Assembly (NCBI GenBank): GCA_010093995.1
Contig: ML992503.1
Location: 859,234-923,233, forward strand
DNA: 64,000 nucleotides
From: Elsinoe ampelina
Taxonomy: Eukaryota
Reading direction: 5' to 3'
How positions within the stretch are numbered: the first letter of the stretch is position 1; every line of letters starts with the position of its first letter. Position numbers and translations under genes: made by a program. The notes under the pieces are model-generated. The model saw nothing but the letters and a program-made list of their open reading frames with translations. It ran no database searches and was not told the origin of the DNA. This document shows positions 11,133 through 22,489 of the stretch, piece after piece.

Positions 11133-11855
11133 TCAACCCTCCTCCATAACCGCATCCTCATCCTCAAACTCCTCCACCTCCTCCGTCTCCTTGTCCCATA
11201 CAGCCTTGATCCTCACCTTGAACTCCACCATCGTAATCCCAAACACCTTCAACAACGCCGTCTGATGACTATTCAACACCTCCCCCTCCTTACACAACGT
11301 CCACTCCTGATCCAACATCACCTTCCCCTTGTCCAACCTCGTCGGCATCCCCCACTTCCTCAACGTAACCTCCAAACTATGCGGCACCGCCACATCATCC
11401 TCCACCGGCACCTCACCCACCCTACTCATCACCACGCCCCCAGGAACCGTCACCTCCCTCGTGGCCCTGACACCCGCCCTCGCAAAATCCATCTCCGCAA
11501 ACCCCTCACAGAAACCCCTCACCTCCTCCTTCGTCCGATCCGTGAGCAACAACCCCACGCTCCCATCCACCAGCCCGGCCAACTTCGCCAGCCCGGGCGC
11601 CGCCTCTTCTGCCTCGCTCATGCCCAGCGCTTTGGCCATGACTTTTGTCTTCCCGAAGAAGATGCGCGAGTCGGAGAAGTGTTGCCGCACGTCTTTGAGG
11701 AAGGTGTTGCGCATGTGCGCCACGGAGAAGATGAAGATGCGGGCGTAGGTGTCGACTGCTTCGCGGATGGAGGTGTAGAGGAGGGTTTTTTGGTCTTTGT
11801 CTTTTTTTTGGACTTTGGTGAGGTGCACGATTTTGGAGCGTTTGGATTTGGGCAT
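11133..11855 (-). CDS. MRT4: Ribosome assembly factor Mrt4 (uL10/P0 paralogue)
   Basis: MPKSKRSKIVHLTKVQKK...MRNTFLKDVR...SRIFFGKTKVMAKALG...DFARAG...HSLEVTLRKWGMPT. Confidence 0.96.
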   Translation of the reverse strand: MPKSKRSKIVHLTKVQKKDKDQKTLLYTSIREAVDTYARIFIFSVAHMRNTFLKDVRQHFSDSRIFFGKTKVMAKALGMSEAEEAAPGLAKLAGLVDGSVGLLLTDRTKEEVRGFCEGFAEMDFARAGVRATREVTVPGGVVMSRVGEVPVEDDVAVPHSLEVTLRKWGMPTRLDKGKVMLDQEWTLCKEGEVLNSHQTALLKVFGITMVEFKVRIKAVWDKETEEVEEFEDEDAVMEEG

Positions 11856-12196
11856 TGTGTTGGTAGGGAGAAGGGGGTGGGTGGGTGTGTCCGAGTCTGT
11901 TGATGTGTTTGTGACTGTGTATGAGATGGTATGAGCAGTTGTCCGGGTCGAGTAAGGGTGCGAGATGTGGTCGATTCCAATGCGAGGTCGGGCTGCTTGC
12001 GGAGTTTGTCGGCGCAGAGAAAAATTATGGATCTTGAGTCGGGTTTTGCTATCGATAAGGTATAACGAGTCATGTCGGGACCTGCTATCCTTGGCGGCGA
12101 CATGTCGGGTTGATGACTGGTCCGGATTTTGCAGTTGACATGGACGGCATAATAGAGATCATGTCGTGTCAATGACAATGGTCCTGATCAATCGAA

Positions 12197-13411
12197 ATGC
12201 TCCAATACATGGACTACGTCCAGAACGCCTTCTATGGGACGACAAGATGGAACCGCGATAACTTCTATGGCACGCTCACAGCAACCGCAAATGCTCTCCT
12301 GGACTTTAAGACCCCGCATGGACTAACATTGAATCTTTCGTCTCTGTCATCACCCAATTTGGCGACTTCATATGCGCTGGGCAGCAAAGGTGTGGTCGAT
12401 GGCTCGGTGTCGTTCCTGTACTCTTCGCTCCCCCTGAGGATTCCATCGAAAAGTCACGAGGTGTACTTACGGCATCTGGTACCTGGATATCGCAGGTTAC
12501 GAGAGCTCGTACAGCCTGGGGAAGCATACAAGCTGAGGGAGAGGCCACTCGACAAGAAGGATACATTGCTTTATGGACGTTTGTTTCTGCCAGCATCTAC
12601 CCTTCATGCACTCTATCTACGCCGCATTTCGCCGACTCGCCTTCTGCGATTGACATGTGTATCGGACGCAAATCTGCCGAATGGTGGCAACGTGCTTGCC
12701 ATCCTGCAGGAGGACCGTGGCAAGTACTCGACAGAGTGGCTCTATAGTACCGATAGCTCTCTCCTGGGATTCAGAGGCCTGTACAACTTCGGCTTCGACC
12801 CTCGAAACGTCGCATCAGGGACGGTAGCTGCGGAGACTCCGCTGTTTGCTTCGAGACATCCATTGCTCTCCGGCTCCGATCACCATCATGGCCGACTGAG
12901 TGCCGGTGGAGAAGTCTACTTCTCGCCACTCAACAAGTCAGGTGGCATGTCCACCGCCATTCGTTTCGCCACCCTTCCAACACATCCCGGCTTCCCATAC
13001 ACCATGAGCTTGACGTTCAATCCATTGATGGGAAGTATCTCCTCATCATACGCCGTTCAAGCAGTCGACGATCTCGCCTTCTGTTCTCGATTCAATTTCA
13101 ACTTCTACAGCTACGAGTCTGATGTCCAATTGGGCATGGAGCTGTGGCGTCGAAAGCTGGGTGATGCTGAGACCGCATGGGCTAGGAGACTGCTGAGATC
13201 GGATTGGCGCAGACACAGTGATGACTTTGCGACTGCGACTGAGGAGTTCGAAAGCGTTTTGAAAGCGAATGTCGACCAGAATTGGAAGATCGGAGTCCTT
13301 TGGGAAGGTAGGATAAATGAGCTTCTGGTGAGCATTGGCGGCAGACTGGATCTGAGAAATCGGGATCGACTTTTTGGTGGCGTGGGGGTGGAGGTATCGT
13401 ACTCGTCGTGA
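12197..13411 (+). CDS. MDM10: Mitochondrial distribution and morphology protein 10 (ERMES/SAM beta-barrel)
   Basis: MLQYMDYVQNAFYGTTRWNRDNFYGTLTATANALLDF...LLYGRLFLP...GFRGLYNFG...KSGGMST...NPLMGSISSSY...C-terminal GVEVSYSS. Confidence 0.96.
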   Translation: MLQYMDYVQNAFYGTTRWNRDNFYGTLTATANALLDFKTPHGLTLNLSSLSSPNLATSYALGSKGVVDGSVSFLYSSLPLRIPSKSHEVYLRHLVPGYRRLRELVQPGEAYKLRERPLDKKDTLLYGRLFLPASTLHALYLRRISPTRLLRLTCVSDANLPNGGNVLAILQEDRGKYSTEWLYSTDSSLLGFRGLYNFGFDPRNVASGTVAAETPLFASRHPLLSGSDHHHGRLSAGGEVYFSPLNKSGGMSTAIRFATLPTHPGFPYTMSLTFNPLMGSISSSYAVQAVDDLAFCSRFNFNFYSYESDVQLGMELWRRKLGDAETAWARRLLRSDWRRHSDDFATATEEFESVLKANVDQNWKIGVLWEGRINELLVSIGGRLDLRNRDRLFGGVGVEVSYSS

Positions 13412-13494
13412 GACATGTTAGAGACTCAGGAGAATCAGCGTGAGAATACAAGTCGAATTTTCTCCCTGGACGTGACACGCTGTTGACAACGATA

Positions 13495-13908
13495 TCATCC
13501 AGCATTGCCAGCACGTGCCTGGATATCCTTGAGCATGGCGAATTTCTTCTGCTTCATGTGCTCCTCTCGATATTGCCAATAGTAATAGACCAGGGGCGGA
13601 ATACCAATGATGGAGGCAAAAAAGATAGCGAGGACAGGTGGATTTTTCGCCGGATCTCTCGCCTTCAGTGGTGGTGTTGGTGTATTCTGAAGCTCGACAA
13701 TCTCATCGTATGTCAAAGTCCGAGGTTGTTTGCCATAGTCCTGCGGAGGCCGGAGTTCAGTGTTTTTGCTGCTTGACGTGCTTTGACATCTGATCCATAC
13801 ACGATTGTGATCTGGATTGCCAGGAGCAGGTCTAGCAGATTGGCACAGCGTTTTGATAATAGTACGAGAAGTCCGAGGTCTCATGATCGCGGTCCGAAAT
13901 AACGCCAT
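13495..13908 (-). CDS. Hypothetical small protein; Arg/Ser/Thr-rich presequence-like N-terminus and one TM helix (possibly mitochondrial)
   Basis: ORF MALFRTAIMRPRTSRTIIKTLCQSARP...PPVLAIFFASIIGIPPLVYYYWQYREEHMKQKK fills the gap between MDM10 and PRP4. Confidence 0.6.
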   Translation of the reverse strand: MALFRTAIMRPRTSRTIIKTLCQSARPAPGNPDHNRVWIRCQSTSSSKNTELRPPQDYGKQPRTLTYDEIVELQNTPTPPLKARDPAKNPPVLAIFFASIIGIPPLVYYYWQYREEHMKQKKFAMLKDIQARAGNAG

Positions 13909-14239
13909 GTGAAGCAAGAAGGAGAACGTGACTTTGGACGTAACGAGCACAAAAAGTTAAAGTGGGTCGTAGATGCCAAGACCTCGATTTGACCTCATCT
14001 TCGTTTCACTGGGACAAGTTTGACATAGCAATTCGCAACACTCTCGATATCTGGTCGTGCAGACCATGATCGATACAGGGAAACAGTAGCTTATACCTGC
14101 ATATTCCTGCAAGGACTCATACTGTGAGACCGCTACCTACTCTGCTGGCTCGATTCGATCAGCAACACCAACGTTGAAGAACCTGAGGCTAACATTGTAA
14201 CCTTCTTCACCCTATAGATCCTGTGCCCAAGCATCAATC

Positions 14240-16612
14240 ATGGGATACAGCTCAGCATCCGAGGGCGAGATCGTGGAGACGAAGGCAACTACGACGCAAA
14301 AGTCTGGCAGAGAACAGAAGATTAACGGACATGACAGACCTCGATCGCACAAGTCGGGGTCAGCAAGACCTCTTTACTCCGACCATGATTCCGACGGATT
14401 CGACTACGATGATCGCAGCGCCTCTAGTAGAGCTGGCAGTCCGGACCGAAGACGATATGATCAAGGGTCCCAAGGCTTGAAGAGGAGGTACCCGGACGAC
14501 GACAGAGATCGGGAATATTCCGATCCAAGACGCTTCAAGGTCCACTATGAGGATGGTCAAGGGCGTGGCGGTGGACATGGTCATGATTCGCGCAGGGATG
14601 GACAACGAGGCTCGTACCACAACGACAAGCACGACCGAATGAAGTATGATGATTACAATGGCTCGTCGACAAGATATCGAGACGCTAGAGGGCACGACTC
14701 TCACCCTGCAGCAAGTGAGGAACGTTCCAAGCTTGACCCTCATGGTCGGACGGCGGTAAAGCAGAAGACCGCTGAACATGTTCGCAGTGACCCCGGTTTG
14801 AGTTCTCGAAGTGAGAACCCATTGTTGGGAGGCGGATCTGCAGATGGGTACGAGATTCGTCCTTGGATGACTGAGTTACATCTGACCATGCACAGAGCAC
14901 AACAGAATATCGTCGACGATGTCGAGCCGGCTCAACCAAAGGACGAAGCTGCTTTGATTGAGGAACGTCGCAAACGCAGAGAAGCATTGCGAGCGAAGCA
15001 CAACCGAGATACCCCACTGGTGCAGAAGGTCCTGCAGGCCAATGCATCTACAGTGCAATCAACAGCTGCGCCTATCGACGTGGCCATTCTACCAAAGGAT
15101 AGCACGACTTCCACACCGGGCACCCCTTTATCTCCAAATCCTGCATCCCCGCAATCAACTTCACCGTCCACTCCACAAGCCAACTCTCCAGGGTCGCCTT
15201 TCGAGATCTCTGTCCTTGACGACGCTGAACTTGCCAATGACGCTTCGAAACACAATGTTGGGACGGAGGATGAAGGAGGACCATCTGCGGCCGATTACGA
15301 CCCGAGTATGGACATGCAAGAAGATCGTGTTCTCTCGAAGCATGCCAACGAGAATGCTTCAACGTCCAAGGATGTCAAGAATGGTTCTGCAGAACGCTCG
15401 GTCAAGCAGACAGATGACGATGACGGCTTCGACATGTTTGCCGATGACGTTGAGATTGAAAGTCCCACTGCTGTGTCTAAGCCAGAGGACGATGGTATCC
15501 AGGCTGTCAGTGGTCTGAAGGGCAAACAGCTGGATCAGAGTATGCTTGATGATTGGGATGATCCAGAAGGATACTACCGCATCATTCTCGGCGAACTTCT
15601 CGACAAGCGCTATCAGGTCCACTCCAACCTCGGAAAAGGTGTGTTCTCGGCTGTTGTACGCGCGACCGACAATCGTACTGGCAACACAGTGGCCATCAAG
15701 GTCATTCGCAAGCAGGAATCGATGTATCGAGCAGGTCTTAAAGAGATTCACACTCTTGAGAAGCTGGCTGAAGCTGATCCGGAAGACAAACGTCATGTCA
15801 TTCGTCTTGAGAGGCACTTCATGCACAAGGGTCATCTCTGCATGGTCTTCGAGAACTTGAGCATCAATCTGCGTGAAGTTCTGAAGAAGTTTGGTCGAGA
15901 CGTGGGCATCAACATCAAAGCTGTCCGCGCATACGCACAACAGATTTTCCTTGGACTCAGTTTGCTCAAGAAGTGTGAGATCATACACGCCGATCTAAAG
16001 CCTGACAATGTTCTGGTCAATGAAAATCGTTCTCAGCTCAAGATTGCCGACTTGGGTTCAGCTTTCGATGCGCAGGACAGCGAGATCACCGACACCTTGG
16101 TGTCACGCTTCTACCGGGGTCCTGAGATCATGTTGGGTCTGAAAGGTGATTACGCATTGGACATGTGGAGCATTGGATGTACCCTCTTCGAGCTCTACAC
16201 CGGACGGATCCTTTTCACCGGAGGTAGCAACAATCAGATGCTCAAGTCCATCATGGAATGCCGTGGCAAGATACCGAACCGTGTTCTGAAGAGGGCAGAG
16301 TACTGGGATCAGCATTTCGAGCCAAACGGCACCTTCCTCAGTCAGGAGTACGACCCTGTCACACGCAAGGACGTTGTTCGCCCCATGAATATTGTCCGCA
16401 CTGTTCCGAACAAAGAGATCAGAGCTCGAGTCTTTGCAAGTGCAAAGAATCTCAGCATTGCCGAAACCAAGGAGTTGAACCTCTTCTCTGATCTTCTCGA
16501 GAAGTGCCTTGCCGTTGATCCAGGGAGAAGAATCAGTCCCAACGAGGCGCTCCGGCACGGATTCATCAATCGATCTGCTGCACAGCCCGTGCCTTCCGCA
16601 AAGGCAAGATAA
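14240..16612 (+). CDS. PRP4: Serine/threonine kinase PRP4 (CMGC, splicing kinase)
   Basis: R/D/S-rich N-terminus, IEERRKRREA, DWDDPEGYY, GKGVFSAVVRA, NLREVLKKFGRDVGINIKAVRAYAQQ, HADLKPDN, LVSRFYR. Probable in-frame intron at 14848-14895. Confidence 0.95.
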   Translation: MGYSSASEGEIVETKATTTQKSGREQKINGHDRPRSHKSGSARPLYSDHDSDGFDYDDRSASSRAGSPDRRRYDQGSQGLKRRYPDDDRDREYSDPRRFKVHYEDGQGRGGGHGHDSRRDGQRGSYHNDKHDRMKYDDYNGSSTRYRDARGHDSHPAASEERSKLDPHGRTAVKQKTAEHVRSDPGLSSRSENPLLGGGSADGYEIRPWMTELHLTMHRAQQNIVDDVEPAQPKDEAALIEERRKRREALRAKHNRDTPLVQKVLQANASTVQSTAAPIDVAILPKDSTTSTPGTPLSPNPASPQSTSPSTPQANSPGSPFEISVLDDAELANDASKHNVGTEDEGGPSAADYDPSMDMQEDRVLSKHANENASTSKDVKNGSAERSVKQTDDDDGFDMFADDVEIESPTAVSKPEDDGIQAVSGLKGKQLDQSMLDDWDDPEGYYRIILGELLDKRYQVHSNLGKGVFSAVVRATDNRTGNTVAIKVIRKQESMYRAGLKEIHTLEKLAEADPEDKRHVIRLERHFMHKGHLCMVFENLSINLREVLKKFGRDVGINIKAVRAYAQQIFLGLSLLKKCEIIHADLKPDNVLVNENRSQLKIADLGSAFDAQDSEITDTLVSRFYRGPEIMLGLKGDYALDMWSIGCTLFELYTGRILFTGGSNNQMLKSIMECRGKIPNRVLKRAEYWDQHFEPNGTFLSQEYDPVTRKDVVRPMNIVRTVPNKEIRARVFASAKNLSIAETKELNLFSDLLEKCLAVDPGRRISPNEALRHGFINRSAAQPVPSAKAR

Positions 16613-19600
16613 GACGGAACATCGGATCAAGACTGGAACAAGGTGGCAGCAAGAATGAAAACACACGTGGCCCATCTGTACATCCTGCGACAAACGGGTT
16701 CGCGCAAGCCAGGCACACACAGCTGACGAATGAAACAAATCAATACTTGATGATCAGTATGCTTTCTTGACCCACCACGTACGAACATCATAGCTTTTCT
16801 TGCATGACATACCGGTTCCGTAATGGCAATCGACTGATCGAATCCTTCTTTAAGGAACATAGCGTCTCTCGGCAAGATAATCGGAAGCGGTGGGCAGTAG
16901 TGTCAACGGTGAGTATCCACGTTGCATGTCCGGTCGTTCATACTTGGTGCATTGTCAGAGCATCTCAAGGCAGTGATCCACAAGACCATCTCTGCAAAGC
17001 TGCCGAGCAGCGCGAATACCGTTTCAGCCGCATCAACAATCGTTCAACAAGAGGCGCAGATCTACTGATATTCACGATTGAGTAGATCAATGATGTCTCT
17101 GAGTAATGTCCGCAAACGGCGAAAACGCCACAGATCCGTGGTCAGCAGGTCCTAACGAGGGGAGTTGGAAACAGACCAATTTACTACCAGCATCGCTCGA
17201 GTCAACGGCGACCAATGCGCATCTTGAGACAGAAGCTCTCATACCCGCAGCACGTTACCAGGTCGTGTCGGGAATACAGATATTGAGACATACGAAACAA
17301 GCGGAGCCGATTTGGCCACTGGTGTCAATGAGTTTCATGTGGCAACGGCTTCAATGAACATGCTTATAGCGAATAGAGCTGAATCAAGCAACCACTCTAA
17401 CCCAACCAACACACGATAGAACTGTTGGATGTAACACCTGTCATGTCTCTCGTCTTGGGGGGAATGCATCATACATCAGAACATCGATGTCTCGTCGACA
17501 ACCTGAGCGAGAGACAACGGGAAGAAAGCTTCGATATTCCAACGACTTCCAAAGTACTGAAGGCATAGTGTACAGCATTCACTCAAGATCACCCGGCAAT
17601 TGATCATCGAGAAGATCCATACGAATTGCCACTATTGACACCAGTGCTCGGAGTTGTGTAACATCTGATCATGGCTGGGAGCTGAACAAAGAGTAGAAAG
17701 GATAGCCACGCAGCTACTCCTGGTAGTACTCCACCATAACCGTTGTCGGACCCGCGAACGCGCACCCTTCAATGAGCTTGTCTGCGACCCTCTCATAGCG
17801 TTGCCAATTGTCTCGCATCGTCTATTTCAGCCGCTCGCTGACGTGGATACTATGCACACCCGAGGGAGCCGTCCCCGCCAGCATCCCATCACCGTGAATA
17901 TGCAGGCTGAGCACGCATGGTGGCACAGCGCATGGAATGTTGCACAGCACGAGGAGGCGAAAATACCTGCTTGACTTGACGGCACGGCAAGCAGAGAGCA
18001 TCGGCATCATCGCCGGTTCTCGCCTTCGCACTAACGACGTGCGTATGGAGCAAGTCTGAAGATGCTCCCGCGTATTCCTATGTAGGACCGCAGAAGCAAC
18101 GAAAACCGTGCAATTAAACAGTGGATCTATTGCATGGACAAGCATCTTCAAAGGCAAGCATGGGCTTTGATTATGCACATCCAAGTATCAAGGCAAATAA
18201 CTTGAGACTTCCATTCAACCTACAGACATGGATAAGTAAGATGCACTTGCTTCGATAGCCTGCCGCACAACCTGGCAGTTTATTGTGTCAATTGGCACCC
18301 ATAACAAATGCTTTGACCAAGTCTCACGGTACTGCTTTGCCGCCTGCCTCATTCCTCAACCCGACCGTTTTGAACGTCCGGCGTTGGAAGCCAGTTCGTG
18401 GACGATGGAACAATAGCATCAGATCTGCAATGCCGCCCGACGTCAAGTCTCTTGAGACGTGTCGTTCGACCCGCCCTCCACAGGTTACGCGCGCGAGCCA
18501 ACAGCCATGCAACCCCTGCCTCTGACCTGCAGAGGGCAGAATTCGAGACAAGCAGAGAAGCAGCTAGGCTGGTGATCGACAACGCACCAGCGTTTGCTCA
18601 CACCACAGGAAGGAAATCAACCCCTGACGAAAATTCGATGCGGTCAGCTGGCCGATGCGGTCGTCGTACGAACTGGGCCCAACACACCGTCCCCGGCTTG
18701 TTGCGCCATCTCCCCCAGCAGCGAATGACAGCCACTCGTATGACAGGCGGCGGGTCAGGAATTTCCACTCCAGCCTGGTTGGCCGGCAGCAGTCATCTCA
18801 TGAATCAGGTTTAGCGCAAATGAGGCTGTCGATCATTTGCTTCGCTAATTCTGTGACGGGCAAGGTTTCCATAGTGCTCGTTCATGAGGAAACCCTTGAG
18901 TCTCAAGCATACATGACACTTGTCGACAAAAACACGACCCGATTTGCAAATTTGCATCTATGATTCACCGAGTGGTCGGACTGTATGACATTTGTTGTGG
19001 GATGGTCGAATTCATACTCTGCAGCCTGGAGTACGGAGTGACCGCCACCGTTCTCTCAGTGCTCAGCTGCCTCCTGGCGGCGCTGTAGAATGGCTGGACC
19101 ATGCAGGAATAAGCATGCTCCTGCAGGTTCACGTGACCATGCACCGCTTGTCTCAGCTTGACAGGCCGACTTGAGTCAGCTCGTTGGACGGCAACTAAAC
19201 AGCTTTGATGGAGGCTGGCTTGGAACAACAGTGTACCTTGACTGTACATGGAAGGGCAGTTGCAGTCGAATTTGGCCCGCCTGACAATCTCCATCTCGGT
19301 CAAATTTGCATCGTCCATCACATGGCCGGATGTGACTTTCTACGTGGCTGAGACCCACGATTGCAATATTGACGACTGGTGGAGTGACTCACTGTCTTTG
19401 ATTGGCCCGATTCGAGGTTTCCTCCTTGTGGATGTCAGCCTATCAGAATCCTTCTCCTTGTTGTCTCTGCTTCTGGCTGCACACGGTCGGCGCGGTAAGG
19501 ATCGCCATCCCAGATTTGAAAGGAGAGTCTGGGCTGCCACTATTCTCGAATCCGGCCCGCCTTTGTTGCATCATGTAGCAAGGCCCAATCACGACCCGCG

Positions 19601-21283
19601 TCCAGTCCATGTCATGGATCTGAGAATCGAAGGACCTGGCGCCACGGCTTCTGTGAGTCCAATTTTTTTTGGCCTGGCAAGCCAATTCCGTCCCGAGCGG
19701 TTCCACTCATCACTGCCACCGTGCCACGCAGACGAGCGAGACTGCCGGTACAAGCTGGCTCACGGCGCGTGCCAATTGTTGCAAATCTTGACCTGATTTG
19801 ACAGTCAACTCCGCTAAACAGAGTTATTCTCGTCGCATTCCTCTGGGAACGGTCAACATTGGATCCAGGGACGCTGCCTGCCGCGCAAGCTAGTGAGGGC
19901 TCACAGCGTCACGCACAAGCACAGATCGTGCTCCCACTATATTGCACCCTTTGACACATGGAATGGTTGACACAAGCAGCAAGCCGCAAATCTGCTCGGA
20001 CATGTCCATGTTTGATTGCCTACCGGTGGCGAGCAAGATCTTGGTTTGCGCCACTGCTATCCCGCCAAACGCCGAAGCCTGCCGCGTCTGCCTTTTGCAC
20101 AGCACAGACACGAGTGAAGAAAAAATACCAGAGGTGATCGTGGCTCAGCATAACGCCGGCCAGTCAAGAGCGTTTGAAGATTGAATGATCGTCAGCTATT
20201 GCACCTTGTGTGAAATTACAATCCTGGTGGGTACTGTCTAGGGCCAGCGACCTAAAACTCCTTTGTTGCTGCTTATCGGGACGCCAGCGAAACGATGTCC
20301 ATGTCAATCATATTGCATAAAGTGATGGATTTGAGAGGCGTCGGTTGTAGGCAGATCCTGCACTGCACAAGCGGGAAAGACTGGCGTGTCTGGGAAGGAA
20401 TCAACGAGATTACGTTGCCAAGGGGGCAGAGTCCAGCGAAAATGGACCAACCTTTCACCCGCCACGGATGGGTCACAAAGGTCAGTCTGCAGCCAACGAA
20501 GGCCGACGGATGCAGGAGGGATCGCCACTGCGTCAATCTTCTTTGCACGCCTGCGAATCAATCGCGTCTTTGCTTTTGGGCCACACACTCGACGCTTATG
20601 CTTGCCCTACGAGTAGTGCAGCCTGGTCCAACTGACACTAGGCAACTTTGGTGGCAGCTCTTGCCTTGCCACACCCTTGTCTAGTCGCCGAGCACTAGCG
20701 TGCTCAGTGTGCATGGTAACGAGTTATCCTGTGCGCTAACCTTGGTGCGAGCCTGCGCGGCATCCAGGAGGGGGGGAGGGCGCTTTGGTACTCTTCCAAG
20801 TCGTTTCGTACCCAAGCCGTGGCTTTTTCAACGTGCGAAAAGAGTGGATCTCAATTTAGCCTTGACGCTACTGTCGATGCTTGACCACCGTTTTCGTTCG
20901 TCATACTCCATTCCTCAATAATAGGAGCACCATTTCACCTCTCATACAACGGCTACCCTCCCGCGCGTACAGCATTGTAAACGACACCTCAAACCTCAAA
21001 CTGATTTCAACGTCCACGTCCAACGCTTCTTCACGGTCCTTTGTCTTTTGACTCTTCAACGCCTGCTCCTTTTATACCGTTTTAGTCAATCCGCCTTCTT
21101 CACAGCCGAACCTCTGGACACGCTACTCAGATCCGGAGTTTAATATACCTCGCCGACCCCGCCATATATCAACACACCCAACATCTTATGCGATTTTAGT
21201 TTTCCGGTCGAGCAAGTGGTTCTCTCGGGAAAAGCGCTACTTCTTCGACTCTCTCGCCCACTTACGAACTCTCCTCCCACACT

Positions 21284-22489
21284 ATGCTCCCCACCCCACC
21301 TGCGTCGCCAAAGCCAACATGCACATCACAACCTGTTGATAGAATCGGGGAGACCATCGACAACAGATATCGCCTCACAGAAGTCCTTGGATTCGGCGCC
21401 TATGGCGTGGTGTACAAGGCCGTCGACTACTATGGCGTCGAGTACGCCGTTAAGACGCTGAACAAGGTCGGTCTGGAACCGCGCCAGCAGAGCTTCCAGC
21501 AACGGGAGATTCAGCTTCATTGGCAGGCGAGCCAACATCAAAACGTCGCACGCCTCCATGAGATTCTGGACCTCCCGGACTGCACCTATGTGATCATGGA
21601 GTTCTGCCCCGAAGGTGATCTTTTCGCTAAGATTACCGAGGAGGAAGTCTACACTGGTGACGATGAACTCGCCCGCGGTGTCTTTCTTCAGATCCTGGAC
21701 GCAGTCGAGTACTGCCACTCCATCGGCATTTACCACCGCGATCTCAAGCCGGAGAACATCCTGGTCAAGGACGGTGGCAGGACTGTCAAGCTTGCTGACT
21801 TTGGTCTGGCTACCAAGGAGCGCATCACCTCGGACTTTGGCTGCGGATCGACTTTCTACATGTCCCCGGAGTGCCAGGAGACCAACCCGCACCGGTATCA
21901 GTCCTATGACTCTGCCGCCAACGATGTATGGTCGCTCGGCGTCATTCTTGTCAACCTCACTTGTGGGCGCAACCCATGGAAGCGTGCCTCACGTGATGAC
22001 TCGACCTTCAGGGCCTACATGAAGGACAGGAACTTCCTCAAGACCATCTTGCCTCTGTCTGACGGCCTTGATGCTATCCTCCGTCAAGTCTTTGAGCCCA
22101 ACTGGCAACGCCGTATTTCGGTCTCTGAGCTCAAGCAGATGATCTTGCATTGCCCTCACTTCACCAAGACCAACATCGTCGCTCCTCCCTCACCACCATA
22201 CAGCCCCGTCGAGCCTGTGCAGGAGGTCTTCGCACCTTACGTACCCGCTCCGATGCCCCAGGTATTCGAGTACCAGACCAGCCCTCAGTCTCTTGCCACC
22301 CATTTTTCCCAGCTCTCCACTGGCTACAAGACACCGTCTCACACACCAAAGACGAGGTCGACGGCGTACATGCCAGCTCAGCCCAAGATGCAAATGTGCG
22401 GACCTCAGGCTTACCTCAGCCCGTGGTGCAACACTTTCATCTCAAGCCTCTCCAAGCACGCCACCTTCATTCCCCCCCGTGTCTTCTAG
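21284..22489 (+). CDS. Ran1/Pat1-Sks1/Vhs1-like serine/threonine kinase
   Basis: MLPTPPASP start, LGFGAYGVVY, YHRDLKPEN, DFGLAT...SDFGCGSTFYMSPEC, LVNLTCGRNPWKRAS. Confidence 0.9.
   Translation: MLPTPPASPKPTCTSQPVDRIGETIDNRYRLTEVLGFGAYGVVYKAVDYYGVEYAVKTLNKVGLEPRQQSFQQREIQLHWQASQHQNVARLHEILDLPDCTYVIMEFCPEGDLFAKITEEEVYTGDDELARGVFLQILDAVEYCHSIGIYHRDLKPENILVKDGGRTVKLADFGLATKERITSDFGCGSTFYMSPECQETNPHRYQSYDSAANDVWSLGVILVNLTCGRNPWKRASRDDSTFRAYMKDRNFLKTILPLSDGLDAILRQVFEPNWQRRISVSELKQMILHCPHFTKTNIVAPPSPPYSPVEPVQEVFAPYVPAPMPQVFEYQTSPQSLATHFSQLSTGYKTPSHTPKTRSTAYMPAQPKMQMCGPQAYLSPWCNTFISSLSKHATFIPPRVF

Noticed and set aside
11265..11903. 212 aa + strand ORF
   Set aside because: Antisense to MRT4; low complexity from codon skew.
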